This document shows, in pieces, positions 48,551 through 62,460 of a stretch of 64,000 bases of DNA (within the stretch, counting starts at the first letter, position 1; each line of letters starts with the position of its first letter). The stretch is taken from NCBI GenBank assembly GCA_013239625.1, contig MU054187.1, forward strand, positions 12,069,325 to 12,133,324. The letters are read 5' to 3'. The DNA is from Lama guanicoe. Its lineage: Eukaryota. The position numbers and the translations under genes are program-made. The notes under the pieces were generated by a model. That model ran no database searches and was not told the origin of the DNA. It worked only from the letters and a program-made list of their open reading frames with translations.

Positions 48551-51500
48551 GGGGTCGCGCCCCCGCCTCTCGCCTTCTAGTTCCCAGAGCCGAGCTTGAC
48601 TGAAGGCGGCGTCAAACCTAGCGACCAGGTGGACGTTTGTCCCTGACACCTCGTGGAGAGCCGGGCACCGCCCCTCGGGTTCCAGGTGGTGACACCTGGA
48701 CGCGGTGGGCTCGACGCCCGTGCCGCTCCCGGCTTCGGGTGGGTGTTGAGCCCTCTCGGGCGCTTTTACTTCTTAAGCAGCCTTCGATGTGCGGAAACCG
48801 GCCACCGTGCCGCCGTGGTCGTCCCTACCCCCGGGGAAGGCCCGCGACCTCGAACGTGCGGGACTTTTCAGGCCCACACCCGGCGCTCAAAGGCCGCATT
48901 TTTATTCTCCTCGCCGGCCATTGAGGGAAAGAAAGGAGCACTTAGGCCTATTCACATTCACACAGGGAAGCATCTAGGGTGGGGGAATACCCTTGTAATG
49001 CCGGGTGACCTTGGCCAGGTCCTCGCCACCCCCGCCGCTGCTTCCTTTTTGCAAAGTGGGGCGAGCACTCCCTGCCTCTAGGCGCGGTTGTGCGGGTTGA
49101 AAGTAGAGGCGTAAAACCGTCACTTACATCTGGCCTGGCCTTGGCTGGGTCACTAAACGTGGAGGGAAGGAAAGGAGGCAGCGTCCGTCCGGCGGAGAGA
49201 CGCCGCTAAAGGTCCTCAAATCAGCGGAAGAGGGAGGCCTGCGACTCAGTGGGGCTTCCTTTGCGACCCACCAGACAGACCTTCGAGAGCCTGGCGGGCG
49301 CCCCCGGGGGCCTGACCTTGCTGCCTTCGCCGCGGGCACGGCCGTGCGGGAGGAGGAGAAGCAGGCGCGGGGTCCCCGGGGCCTTGGGGCTAGCGCGGTG
49401 CGCGCCCCGCCTCTTCTTCCCGCTCCTGCCACGCCCACGTGCGGGGGCCAAGTCCCCCCGCCCGCCCGACGCGGTCGGTGCAGCCCACGCTGCCCACGTC
49501 CAGACCCGTTTCCCAAATTCAAGGAGGTGGGAGGGGCGGCGCGTGATTTTTCTCAAGCAGGATGGGATGGACAAGGAGCCCAGGGTTTCTTTTTCTCCTT
49601 GTTCTAGATTCTGTACCTCTACCTGAGTTCTTAAGATCTTGGCTAAAGGGTGGGAAAGTATCCGTCGAATCTTGTCCCAAGAGCCAGCACCTCCGGGGAG
49701 AATCATGTACTTTGAAAAGCAGAATAAATTCTGCTGCCGTCTTCCTTCTGGCGGCATGCTCAACCTAGGACCCCCACGACCCCCTTCCATTTACTGTATC
49801 TTCCTTCCTTCCTCCCAGACCTCACGGGTAGGATTTAAAGACTGATGCGCCGGCGCTTGGGTGGTCCGTGGATGTCGGATCCTCTGGGGGCCATTTTTTA
49901 GTGCAGTCGCTCACTAGTTGTAGTTTCGGTTTAGCAGAGGCAACATGAGCCTTATCATCGTCTTGTTCTGCAAAGAATCTAGAGGTTGTAATAGTTTTTT
50001 AAAAATATATTTTAAATTATAAGCTTGCTTGTTTAAATAGTTTAGAGAAATCGATAAAAATAGAAGTGGGAATCTCTGTCTACCCCTCACCCCTACTCTC
50101 CAGAGGTAAAACTGGCTAACAGCTTGATTTATTCCCTACCTCCATTACTTTAAAAAACCAAAACAAAGCAGACTTTAAAATTGTGTTTATATATGCATGA
50201 TTTTTAAAAAAAACAAAATGGGATTATACTTTAGACTTTTATGCAACTTTTCCCACATTCTACTAGTCATTGTTCCTATCAGTACATTGGTATTAACTAT
50301 ATTCCTTATAACGGCTGCATGGTGCAGAAATTCATTTTGAGTGTACCCTTAGTTTTTCAGCCTCCTTTTGAAAGGTATGTAAGTTGTTGCCAGTTTTTCA
50401 ACACTTAAAGCCACTTCTGGGAACGTGGTTATACAGATACTTACCTGTGCTGCTGTGTCTGTACGATAAAATACCCAGTTGTGAAATCTCTGAATCAACA
50501 GGTATCAACATTGAACCTTTTGATGGGTACTTCAAACCATTACTGATTTACACCTCCGTCAACGAGTGTGAGGACCCTGTGTCTCCACGCCCTTACCTGA
50601 TACTGAATATCCTTTAAAGCTGCCATCTCTCATGTGAAAAGTAATATCTTATTTTAATTTGCCTTTTAGTCATTTAGCCAGCAAAATTCCTGAATGCCTC
50701 ACTATTAATGTGCTAGGCACAGAGAACACAGTTGGAAGCAGAGCGGCCCAGTCCAGCCCTGGTCCTCATAACAGTCTTATAGAAAGATAAATATTTGTGT
50801 GAGTACTTGATGAATGTGTAACTATGAACTGTGATGGGAAACGTAGATACTATGATGGGAAAGAAGAAAATATAAAGTAGCAATAAAAGGGAAAAGGAGC
50901 GTGTCCTGACCTAGGCTGGGAGGACAGGGAGAGTTCTCCTGCCCCAGAAGATTTGAAAGATACCTGTAGAAATTAACTAGATGATGAGAACAAGTGGTAT
51001 TCCAGGTCAACAGAACACTGGTGCCAAGGCCCTGAGGCCTGGAGGGAGTGAGTCTTGTTCACAGAACTGAAGGATGCTTGTTGGAGAAAAGACAGCTAGG
51101 GAGGTTGGAGTATCAGCAGAGGCCAGGTCTTGCAAGACACTTGTGAAGATGTAAGTTTTGACCATTAGGTTCAAGGAAGATTCTAAAACAGTGAGTTAAA
51201 TTGTCCAAGGCTAGGGTTGTTGAAGAGCTAGCTCTGGTCTACCAAATTTGCATTTATGGCATGTGTTTTCCAGGAAAGAGGGTTTGTCACCTAAAGGTCC
51301 TAAAGATGAAGCAATTTCAGAGAAGTTGGGAACGGTCTGTCTACAATCTCTTTTTCAGTACGGGGTCTAGGGAAGTTGTGGAATGGCCTGTAAGCAGTTA
51401 ATCAGAGAGTAAGAGCTTGCCTGCAATAAGTCATGCCCTAGATAATGAGCCTTTTGCTGAAAACTGTGATTTTTGGGGGGACGGTGTCTTTTTGTGCTCA

Positions 51501-54499
51501 AAGTCAGAGAAGGTAGATAGACCGCATTTTAGTGCTTTCCTAATCTTTAGTTTAGCAAAAGCTCGTTCTACAGAGAAACTTTGAGGTCCTAATTGAGAAC
51601 TTATGAAGAGTAAGGAACCACAGTTTATCTCTGAGGCATAATGATGTATGTATATGGCGGCTTCTCCCAAGGACAGGTGAACAGGTGTTCAGTGTTTGAA
51701 TTTAAGAGAACAGGCTCTAAAGAAGGCAGAATGTAGATGCGCAGCTGTAAACCATGGCCTTGGGTGGAACTGGGGGAGAGAATAGTACTGGGCATTGTGG
51801 ACCACTGGAATGTGGGGCATAATAGTCTTTTTAAAATCTATTATTTATTTTTTGAGTATAATCATCTTAAGGATAGCCCTGACGTGGTGAGTAAGCCTGT
51901 ACACTCATTTATTGCTTATTTAATAGTCAGGATAGGTGTATTATAATTAATTAATTAATTATAACTATTATAATTAATTATAATTAAGTACTAGTGCAAA
52001 GTGAAATGAATCCTTTGCCTATTAATCCTTTTACTATGGGTTTTAATTCTTCCTTTCGTTCTGGCTTCAACAGTTACCACACAAGCCTGGGTAAAAGCAG
52101 GGATGGGTTGGTCTGAGCCTAGATGTGCTCAGCCCCAGTAACCCTGAAAATGGTGGTAAATTTCCAGTCCATTGGGATTCTAGTACCTCATAGAAGTCTT
52201 CAAGTTGTGTCTAATTTATGTAATTGTACCCAAATTGCTGTGTTATGATTACGAATAGGGAAGAGAACCTTTTAGGAAATCTTAATCTGGCAGTGCTGTT
52301 TCCATGATAAATCTCTCTCCTCCTTAAGTTTAGGTTGGGGAAGAGCACGTTTTTAGCATAAAGACGGAGAATAATGGCAGCTGGGACCCAGGGGCTGTCT
52401 GAGGGCTGCTGGAGACATCTTCCTCCTGGGTTTTCACTGACTCCAAGGGGAAGGGATGGACTTCCTAGCAAGGTTATTGTTGAAAATGTAGCATCTGTAA
52501 CGCTACGAAGGGAGTGTGGCCCGCAAGAGTTTATGGTAATTCTTCGTGTGAGTTTCAAGGGAAGAATAGCAAGTTGGGTGCTACCTTCTCCTTGGAACCC
52601 CTCTCACTCTAAGATTTTTCCTTGCCCAAAGCGAAGCAGCTGGCCTTCCAGCAGCACATTTGTTCATAGTAGCAGCAAGTATCTTTTTTGAGGGGGAACC
52701 TTTTGTGAGGGAGGCATAAGGAGTACCTGGGGTCATCTAGGTGTTTAATTTGAAAAAGCATTAACTTGATTAGAGTCTAACTCCAGTTTTGTTCTCTGAC
52801 TTCAAAATATTTGGACAAATGCTATATCCATCTATCCTATTCTAGCCATGAAGTATCAGTTCCTTGATTTCTGGCTTAAGGCTGTTCATTCAAAAATGAG
52901 GATAATGTGACCAAAGCATCTGTGTATTGCTCCACCCCAGATTGCTGTCTGAAGGCAATTTCTAAAATTCTCAATGAATTTGCATTTTTTTCTTAAAAAA
53001 AATGAATTAATGCCCAGTCAGTCTTGACTCAAAGAAGTATTGCCTTCAATAGGGATTATACCAGATTTTATGCTTTTTGTGTGTCTGTTTTGGTCCTTGT
53101 TCTGTCTGACGGACCTCAAGAATACACAGATTGTTTCCCAGCTTCTTCCAATCAACTCTTTCAAGCCAGGGCAGAGCATCTGAAGGAGGACCTGGTGATG
53201 CGTGCGCTATTTGACGGAGGTTGGGAAGGCTGCGATTACAGTCTGCCTGTACCATCTTAAATTCTAAGGCTCTTCGTATTAGTCATAAGCAGCTGACCGT
53301 TGAATATTGAATTAAATAATTAATTGCATTTGCTGCTTCAACCTGTTTTGCCCCTATGTTTTAAGGTCCTCTTAAGATGGACAATTTGGGTCATACTGAA
53401 AGCTCCTCAAAGTGGTCACTTGGAAAATCGTGTCATTTTGTAAGATATGCACAAGAATTTGAATTATAATGAGAATATACATAAGAAACAGGTGTTTAGC
53501 TGCTGGAGGCGAGGGTGTGGACTGAGATGACCCCATGAGAGCTGACAATGGTTGGTCGGATGTGTGTTGCTTGCACATCTCTGACCTCCGTCCCCAGCCA
53601 GAGGTTGGCTGTCTCTGATCACAGACCTAACAATCACAGCCCCTGGTGATTGAAGTTTTGGAGATTCTTTTCCTCCTAAACCAATTCTTAGGGACATAAA
53701 GATAGGCTGAGGACGAATAGACTTCATAAGGTTTTTATGTGACCATCTAAGGCCAATTTCACCTACTGAGAGACTGCAGAAGGGAAAACCCTAAGTTTGC
53801 CAGTCCTCTGGACCTAGTGGGATTCTATTCATTGACTCTTCTTTGCTCTTTTCCCCCTTTTAGTCAATTAACATCGTAAGAGAGGAAAAGCTAAAGATAA
53901 AGTTAAATGAAGAACATAGTTTCTAGAAATACAGGTCTAATTAGAAAAATAGAGATTTCAGTGAGTGACATCTAATTTCCCTGAGAAAATTAAGAACATA
54001 AGTGAAAGTGGAGCTGGGACCTAGTATGTGCCTCACCTCTCTGTTTGGGGCCAGGAACCTCAAGTGGAGAGATGCAAGGTGACTCATGAGGTGCCCAAAT
54101 TAAGAGTCCTGGTACATGGCAAGGGGGTCACAGCTGAGTCTCCATGGGACTCTCAAACTGTGGAAAGCCTTCTCCTCAAATAAAGCAGCTTGTGAGAATG
54201 CCCCACAGACAATCCTGAAATGGCCTCTCATTAGGGGAAATGAGTGTACAGTTTTTATTTCTTATATTTTGAATTTGGAAGTTCCCCGGGATGGGATATG
54301 AGAAGTGGAATGACTCTTTGATTAACTGATTTCTCAAAGCCATGGTTAATGTAAGTGAGGAGAGGTTCTAACTGAAGAATGAAGTGATACTCAAGCGCAA
54401 AACAGTGCACAGTTGTAATGGAGTAACTGATAGTATTGTTCTGGTCCTGTCTTACACAAGTGATGAGGGCTGTGGTTCACAGTTACAGCAGTCAAAGCA

Positions 54500-56810
54500 G
54501 TAAGTAGGAAAAAGAATTATAGCCATAAATAGTGCTTTTAATACTTAAATAGGACAGAAAATAAACAAAATAAAAATTCAAGAAAAGAATCGAGAAAAAG
54601 AACAACTAAATTCACTTAATGAAATCGGGAGTTAAGAATTCATAAAAAATAAAAACCAAACTTGACGGATTAAAAAAATAAAAATGATAGAATTGATAAA
54701 GAAAACTAAGAATGGCTTCTTTGGAAAGATCTAGAATAGACAGACCTCTGGCAAACATGACCAAGGGGAAAAAAAAAAAGAAAGAAAAATACACAGCAAT
54801 AGGGATGAGGAAGAAAACAACCATAGATAAAGATAAGATTAAAATAACTATTAGAGAAGTCTATGTAAATCTTTATGTCCAGTAAAGACAGATAAAAATA
54901 GAGAACCTTTTTTTTTTAACAATCTTATTTTTTTTTTGGGTGGGGGAGGGAGGTAATTAGGTATACAAAATAGAGAACCTTTAAAAGCTCAATGTCTCTT
55001 ATCAGGAGGGGCAGAAATTGCCAATAAACAAGGTGCTGAAATCTAGCAATATATTTAAAATCTATCCTACAAGACTCTCCTTTTGCTCTTGAAGAATTAA
55101 CTGCTACAGGAACTGCCCTTCTACTGTAAACATAGAAAGCAGGACAACGTATTTAAATCAACTCTTTTTCTTTTAGTGGAGGTACTGGGCCTTGAACCCA
55201 GGACCTCATGTATGCTAAGCATGCGCTCTACCACTGAGCTAGACCCACCCCTCTAAATCAGCTGTTTTGTGATAATGGGCAACAGGGAGCACAGGACTGA
55301 GTCCCAAGAGAAGGGAAATTAATGAGATGAGTGTTACGATGCCTGAGCTGACTCCCTTACTGAGGGAGTTTCCATGATGCAGCAGGAAGGGGAACCCCAA
55401 ATAAAGCCTGACAGTTGCTGAGTTTAAAATATGGAGATCAGCAAGGCAGTTAGAATTTGGGAGGGGCAGGATGCCAGGAAACAGGGAACTGCACAGGAAG
55501 AGAGTTCCGGACACCTGCAGAGGGATCTCCTTGGCTCTGTGACTGAGTAGTGCCGGTATGAGAGAGAACTGTGAGGCCAGGGAGAGAACTAGAAAGCAGC
55601 AGGACAGACAGTTCCAGGATTACACAGAGCTGAGAACACGTCACATTGCAACCAGCCAGAGTGAGGAGACCAAAGCACACAGGGCATTAGCTGAGCCCTT
55701 AGAAGACCATCACCCGAATAGTAGGGAAAATTAACCCAAAATTAAAGGCTGTTCTGGACTTGCCCTAACAAAGCTTAAAAGCAAGCCTCAAAAGCAAGTA
55801 CCATATTTATCCTGTGTGACTCAACAGCTTGCTGGAACAAAGTTCAACAATCTTTAATGGAAGTATAATAAAATATAGCACTCAAGAGCACAAAATTTAC
55901 AATGTCCTCATCCATCCAATAAAAGATAGGCATGCAGAAAAGTGGGAAATAGGGTCCACAACCAAAATAAAATCAATCCATAGAAACAGACTCAGAAAGG
56001 ACAGCAATGATGGAATCATAAGATAAACATGTTAAGTCAGCTCTTAAGGTATCTTCATGTGTTAAAGGAGGTAGAGGAAAACATGAACATTATGGGTAGA
56101 GAAATGGATGGTGTACAAAAGACACAAAAGGAATTTCTAGAGATAAACAATACACTCTAAAATGAAAAACACACTGAGTGGCACTAATAGTCCTTTAGAT
56201 ACTGCAGTAGAATGCAGTAAAAACATTCTAAGATGAAGCAAAGGAAAGAAAGTGACTTAAAAAAATTCAACAGGGTATCAGTGAGCTGTGGAAAATATGA
56301 AGTGGTCGAACGTATGTGTAACAGGAGTCCCCAAAAGCCACAGTAAGGTGCATCATAATTAAATTGCTTTAAACTAGCATAAATAAAAAATGTTTAAATC
56401 TACCAGAGGGGGAAAAAAGATGACTTTCAGGTGAAAAAAGATAAGAATGACAGCAGACTTTCCCTCAGAACTAGAAAAACAATATAAGAATGTCTTTAAA
56501 TTATGGAAAGAAAAAAGTGTCAACCTGAATTCTATGCCCAGCAAAAATATCTTTCAAGAATAAAAGTGAAATACCTTTTCAGACCAGTAGATGCAGAAAT
56601 AATTTATAACCAAAAAACCTGTGCTCCGAGAAACTTTAAAGGAAGCTCTTGAGGCAAAAGGAAAATATGACAGATTTATATCCAAGTATATCAGTAATTA
56701 TATCAAATGTACATAGTTGAAAAACTCCAATTAAGAAGCAGAAGTTGTCAGATTGGATTAAAAATAACAACAATGTAAGCTCCAACTATAGGTTCTCCAT
56801 AAGAAACCCA
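54500..56810 (+). mobile_element. Old L1M-type fragments (5'UTR/ORF1/ORF2 remnants)
   Basis: A-rich strand bias; motifs such as GAATGACAGCAGACTT..CAGAA and CAACCTGAATTCTATGCCCAGCAAAAATATCTTTCAA typical of L1 ORF1. Confidence 0.7.
55170..55252 (-). mobile_element. tRNA-derived SINE (Vic-1-like)
   Basis: TTGAACCCAGGACCTC...CTACCACTGAGCTA. Confidence 0.85.
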
Positions 56811-56819
56811 CTGTGAAGA

Positions 56820-57410
56820 TCTGTGAAAGGTCTGAGATTCTACCTTACTTTCAGGTTACCGAGAGATCCTGCCACAGTTTCATGGGAGCTGGTTGAAGAC
56901 ACCAGAATCCTGGGTCAGTTTATCCATGAGGACAGTTTGTTACCTGGAGCAATAGCAACAGCCAGACTCACAGCATTTTTGCACCATTTTCCTAAACCCC
57001 AGTTCCACAGGGCAAAGAGGGTCAGATGACTCCAGTGCACACAGTGGGCTGCATCACAGGCATGCATTGGGTTGGACTGCACTCTTTAAATGAACAGTGA
57101 ACATGCCTGTCCTTTACTCTATCTTCCACGACGAAGCAAACCCGTTCTTTGCTCTGGAGAGAAATGTTATCTCTGTCTTCCCAGACTGTTTGCTGTCCAA
57201 ACATACTCGAAAACATGGTCGAGAGAAGAGGGCCGTCTGCTTTGCTTATAAGACGTGCAGAGAGATCTATGGAGAATTGCCTTCTGACACCCACTTTTCA
57301 GGAATTTGCGCTTCAAAGGTACATGTGAGCTTTGTTCTGGTCTCCAGAGGGGGAACGAACTGATTGAAAGAAAAAGGAAGTCCAAATACTTAGGTATCTT
57401 CTTCCCAGAA
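56820..57410. mobile_element. Probable solitary LTR remnant
   Basis: Starts TGTGAAAGGTCTGAGATT at the end of an L1 tract; resembles ancient ERVL/ERV1 LTRs by eye only. Confidence 0.45.
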
Positions 57411-58794
57411 TCTACTTTGCTGATTTTTTAAAACTATCATTTTAAAAATTTGCAACCTTTTCTACAGAATAGATAAAGAAAAGTAAATGTTTTTCACAAT
57501 TTATGAATTTCACTAATTTTCTTCTTATTTCCTATTAGTCACCTGTTCTCTTTCCTCAGTGCTTGCATCTTCTGTTTTAAAAAATACTTTTCTATTTTAA
57601 ATGAGAAAATGTACATAATGTTTGTAACTCTGAATATGGTTAGTTCCCATCGCCTTTCTCCTGGTCTCCCCCTAACACTCCACTTCTGGATACACTCTCT
57701 TAATTTGGCCTTAGTTTATCCTTTGTTTAGGGAGTTAAAGGTCTTAAATTTTTCTTAGAAGTATATGAGAAGCTAGCCATTGTGAACCATCTCTCTGGTT
57801 TTCATTAGTTTTTGGAGTTTGTTTTATACAATATGTAACAGTAATTTGTTACCTATACAACAGATTATTCCTGTGTACCAAATGTTTACCTTCACAGAGC
57901 AGGATTTCCCCCTGTCCATTACAGCCACAGCAGAGAGCTGGTTTTGTTTAAAATTCTGTATCAGTCTGGGACCAACCAGGAGAGGAAAATTGTACAGCAA
58001 TTGGAACAGAGAAAGCTTAATATAAAGAATTATTTATCTATAGCAGGGGAATGGAGCGACTAGGGATTGGATAGTAAGAAGTAAAGAGAACTCCAAAGAA
58101 CATAGGAGTAGCAGATATAATATATAGTAGCAGATAGCATACTGCATCATACTGTGTCTAATGGCTGCTCCATAGCCCATGAACTGAGATGCAGATCTTG
58201 TTGGAAAATTCTCAGCCACAGCTACTGAATGGCAGACAAGTTGCTTCAGTGCCACACTGGAGGAGCTTGCTGGACATCCACCATCTGGAACGTACTAGAA
58301 ATCAGCCCTCTAGCATGGTGGGGGAAGTTGTTCACAGGAGATGTCTCCCTGGAGGCACTCTGCTAGAAAACCACCAGAAGGAGTTGCTGGGAGAAGCTGC
58401 TGGCCACCGAGTGTCACCCCTGCCGTGCACGACAGCAGGAGGGCACTGGAGGAGCTGCAGGCGCCAAGGAGGGAGGCCCTGGGGAAGCCATGCATCTGGC
58501 AGGCCCCAGCTGAGATGGCCTCAGAACCAGGAAGTGAAACTCTTTCCTCCTGCAGTGTCTCTCTCGTGCCCTCTACCCACAGAGCTTCAGTGCCAGCTGG
58601 CAACTTACCTAAAGGGCTCAGATTTATTTTCATTAAAGCACTCAAATAGGGTGATTTGGGACTGAGAGGAAATAAGTCAATAACTGGCAGGAAGTCCAAC
58701 AGGTAGATAAATCCAGGCCTTTTATTCTTACAAATCTAGCCTTTGTTTCCTTTATAAAATGGTGGTGGTGGTCGTGGTAATGTGAATTTGAAAT

Positions 58795-59570
58795 TTTCCC
58801 CTTTGGTGACCATCAGTTTGTTTTCTATGTCTGTGAGTCTGTAAGTTCATTTGTATCATTTTTTTATATTCCACATATAAGTGACATCATAAGGTATTTG
58901 TCATCTCTGTCTGACTTACTTCACTTAGTACGATAATCTCTGGTTCATCCATGTTGCTGCAGATGACATTATTCTTTTTTATGGCTGAGTAGCATTCCAG
59001 TGTGTGTGTATGTGTATGTATATATGTATGTATGTATATGTACATATATATGTATATATACGTGTGTGATATCTCACATCTTCTTTATCTAGTCATCTGT
59101 TGATGGACATTTGGATACATGTATCTTTTCGAATTGGAGTTTCCTCCAGATACATGCCCAGAAGTGGGATTGCTGGATCATAGGATGAGTCTATTTTTAG
59201 TTTTTAAAGGAATCTCCATACTGTTCCATAGTGGCTGCACCAAATTACATTCCTACCAACAGTGTATATGAGGGTTCCCTTTTCTCCACATCCTCTCCAG
59301 CATTTATCATTTGTGGAGTTTTTAATGATGGCCATTCTCATTGGTGCGAGGTGATACCTCACTGTAGCTTTGATTTGCATTTCTCTGATAATTAGTGACA
59401 CTGAGCATCTTTTCATGTGCCTGTTGACCATTTGTATGTCCCATTGGAGAAATATTTGTTTAGATCTTCTGCCCATTTTTGGATTGCATTGTTTGTATTT
59501 TTGTTACTGAGTTGTATGAGCTGTTTGTATATTCTGGAAGTTAAGCCCATGTCAGTCACATCGTTTGCAA
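58795..59570 (-). mobile_element. LINE-1 3' portion (ORF2 C-terminus and 3'UTR, internally deleted)
   Basis: ORF 59204-59476 ...[25 protein letters not shown]...[12 protein letters not shown] is L1 ORF2. Confidence 0.9.
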
Positions 59571-62334
59571 AGGGGGTACTGTGACTTTGAATCCTACTTT
59601 AATCGTTGCTATCTTCCAGGTAAATAATGAGCACATCCATTTCTGTGTCTACTGCTAAATGACTTGTTCAATATTTGTTTTGTGACTCACTGAAGGAGTG
59701 AATTACATTGGTTCCCATCACTTCTTCCCTTCCATTTTCCTCTGCACCCTATGCTGCCCTTTCTCCTTTCCACCTCTCAGCCAGAATGCTCCTGCTCCAT
59801 CTTTCTCATAGTTACATGACTGTAGCCAAGCTGCCTCACTAGACAGAAATGCCGTTTTCATGGTCTTGTCCACAGAGTGTGCCTTTTTCTAAAGGGGTGT
59901 TCCCACTGCCTTGGATGGAGTGATATACATACCTGTCAAGGAGCAGAAATAGAAGAAAGAGCTTTCGGTCCCCAGCATGCATAGGATACTGCACAAGAAC
60001 CAGAGATGCTCTTGCCTGGCAATCTGCCAAATGATGGAAGTGTGGGCTGGTGCTGGCCTGGCTCTACAGATCCTGCAGGCACACGGCCCATCCATGTCGG
60101 GAGCAGCTCTGCATGGCTAGGCCACCCCGGGGTGTGCTTTGTGACAGAGTCCCAGGCCACAGCTTGGCAAACCTGGGTGGATGTTTTGGCTCCCGGCCCA
60201 CTAGTTGTGAGTCTTGGGGGCTTCTGGAAAACCAGGGGAGCCAGTGAAGGAGGATAAACAGAGGCTGACTCTCCTTTTGGCACCACGGATGCTGATAACA
60301 GAACAGAGCCTTAGAGGGAGTCTCTAGGCTGTGGGCGTGGGCATGGAGGGCTTGGCGGCACCCATCTCCTGGCTCCTGGCCCCCACGTTGCTAGTAACTG
60401 TTGCATGCATATACTTCACAAACGCATAGGCTCAAAGTGACATAAGTCATCCACAGTGCAGTTTGGAGAAGGATGGATTCAGAGACAGCACGCACTTTCT
60501 AGGTAGTGTCATTCCCTGTGTCTGTGTTTTGTTTTTAAATACCTCTTGACCAGAAACTAATAGAACATTGTAAGTCAACTATACTTCAATTAAAAAAGGT
60601 AAATTAAATTAAATTCCTCTTGGGTTGTTCAGAGCAAACATAGACCAAGAGAGCCTCCTTCTGCAGAAACCAGTGGCACAAGGATGTTAGCCCGACGGTG
60701 GGTGCAGGGTGTCTTTTTGGAAAAGGCAAGGAGACAGTTCAGATCGGGAGGGGAAAAGTGGCCAGCCTTTGGGAACAAAAATTAGAGATTGAATATTGAA
60801 GAGCGAACGGTCACGAAGATGTGTGCTTTGTGATCTGGAGCCATGCTCTTGGGAGGCCGTAACTGATTGCCTTGGCTCCTCCCTCTTCTGGTTGGCTGTG
60901 CCAGATAGTTGGCTTAGGGTTTGGGGCCCCCCAGTGGGGGAAGCCGTTTGCTTTCTCTCATCTTATGCATCTGTGTGCTTTTCTGATTACAAAAGTAGTT
61001 CATCTTCATTGTAGGGTATTTACAAAGGACAGAAAAGAGCTGAAGAAAAAAGTTACCTATAGTCTTATCAGTTCTTTATAAATGTCAATCACAGAAAAAA
61101 TTAAGAAAAATTATACTTCCTTATACTGGTGAAGGTATTACACTGTTCACAGTAGAATACACTATAGTATGTGCTTTCCAAAAAGAAATTTGGCAATATG
61201 TATCAGGAGCTGTTTTGTTCCATTTAGAGAATCTTTCCTAAGGCAAATTATCTGAAATATAGAAATCTGCAAGCACAAAATTATTTTGGTACTACTTCTG
61301 GTACTGGAAATTTGGAAATAACTTAAGTCAATGGGATATTAGGTAGGACACTAACATTGGTAAACTCATTTTTTTACTAACATGAGAAATGCTTATTTAA
61401 AATCAGAAAAGTAAGATACAGAAGTTTAATGAACTATAAACTCAGTTTTATTTTTAAATTCCATACGAGGACTGGAGCAATATATATCTAAAATATATAT
61501 GACTCAAAGGATAAAAAAAAACAAAAGAGAAAATGGAACAGAAATAAAAGGATGAATAAAGATATAGCATGCAAAACCAATCCAGCATTAATGGGCTTAT
61601 ATTAATATCAGACAAGGAAAACGAGATCACCAGAGATAAAACGGGGCATTATGTAATAATAATAATTATAATAATAATAATGTCAGTTCATCCTGAAGAA
61701 ATATTTATGTACCCTCAGAACACCACTTCTGAATATAAGAAGCAAAAGTTGATGGAACTAAGAGGAAAAAGAGAAACCCAAAGCCATGATTGGAAATTTT
61801 AATTGACAGGGTAAGTAGATGGAATGTGTGGGATGTTACTAAAAGCAGTAAACAGAGACATTTGTTTGGGGTGATGAAAAAAATTGGAAATAATGGTGAT
61901 GGTTGCAGAACATTGTAAATGTAAGTAACGCCACTGGTTTATACATTTATATAGTTAAAGTTACCAGTAATGAGGGAAATAAAACGAACAGTAATCGCAG
62001 TTTTTAATTTCAGCAAAAGAATTGAAAGCAAAAAAGTATTAAGATTTTAATTTTTAAAGGTAATAGTTCTGAGAGATATAATTTGATACTTTTATCCCTA
62101 CCTGCCTCCCCAACATCTTTACTTTGATGTCTAAGGGATGCCCAAAGCCATGACTTTCTGCCGCAGCTGTTCCTCCAGTTGCCTTCCCCAGAGTTGATGC
62201 CTATTCTTATTTCTCAGACCCAAACAATGGCGTCACTCTTGGCTCCTTCCTTTTTCACGAACTCCAGATCCAAAGTGAAGAAAAATAAAGCTGATTCTAT
62301 CTTTGAACTATATCTAGACCTACCCATATATGAG

Positions 62335-62460
62335 CACTTGCCCTGGGATGCCTTGATCTCAGCCGTCTGGTCTCCAGGACTAGGGGAGGATGAATTCCTG
62401 TTGTTCTGAACCACCTGGCTTGTGGTCATTTGTTACAGAAGCCACGGGACAGTCACACAG
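62335..62460 (+). mobile_element. MaLR (MLT1-like) LTR 3' end
   Basis: CCTTGATCTCAGCC..TCCAGGACT..TGTTGTTCTGAACCACC..TTGTGGTCATTTGTTACAG. Confidence 0.7.

Larger units (their letters stand above)
46130..49880. promoter_or_regulatory. PRDM14 promoter CpG island (spans exon 2, intron 1, exon 1 and upstream)
   Basis: Very high GC and CpG density with several GGGCGG boxes, against AT-rich flanks. Confidence 0.9.

Noticed and set aside
47100..49850. Many 60-230 aa ORFs on both strands in the PRDM14 CpG island
   Set aside because: Expected from stop-codon scarcity in GC-rich DNA; low-complexity Pro/Gly/Arg translations with no recognisable domain
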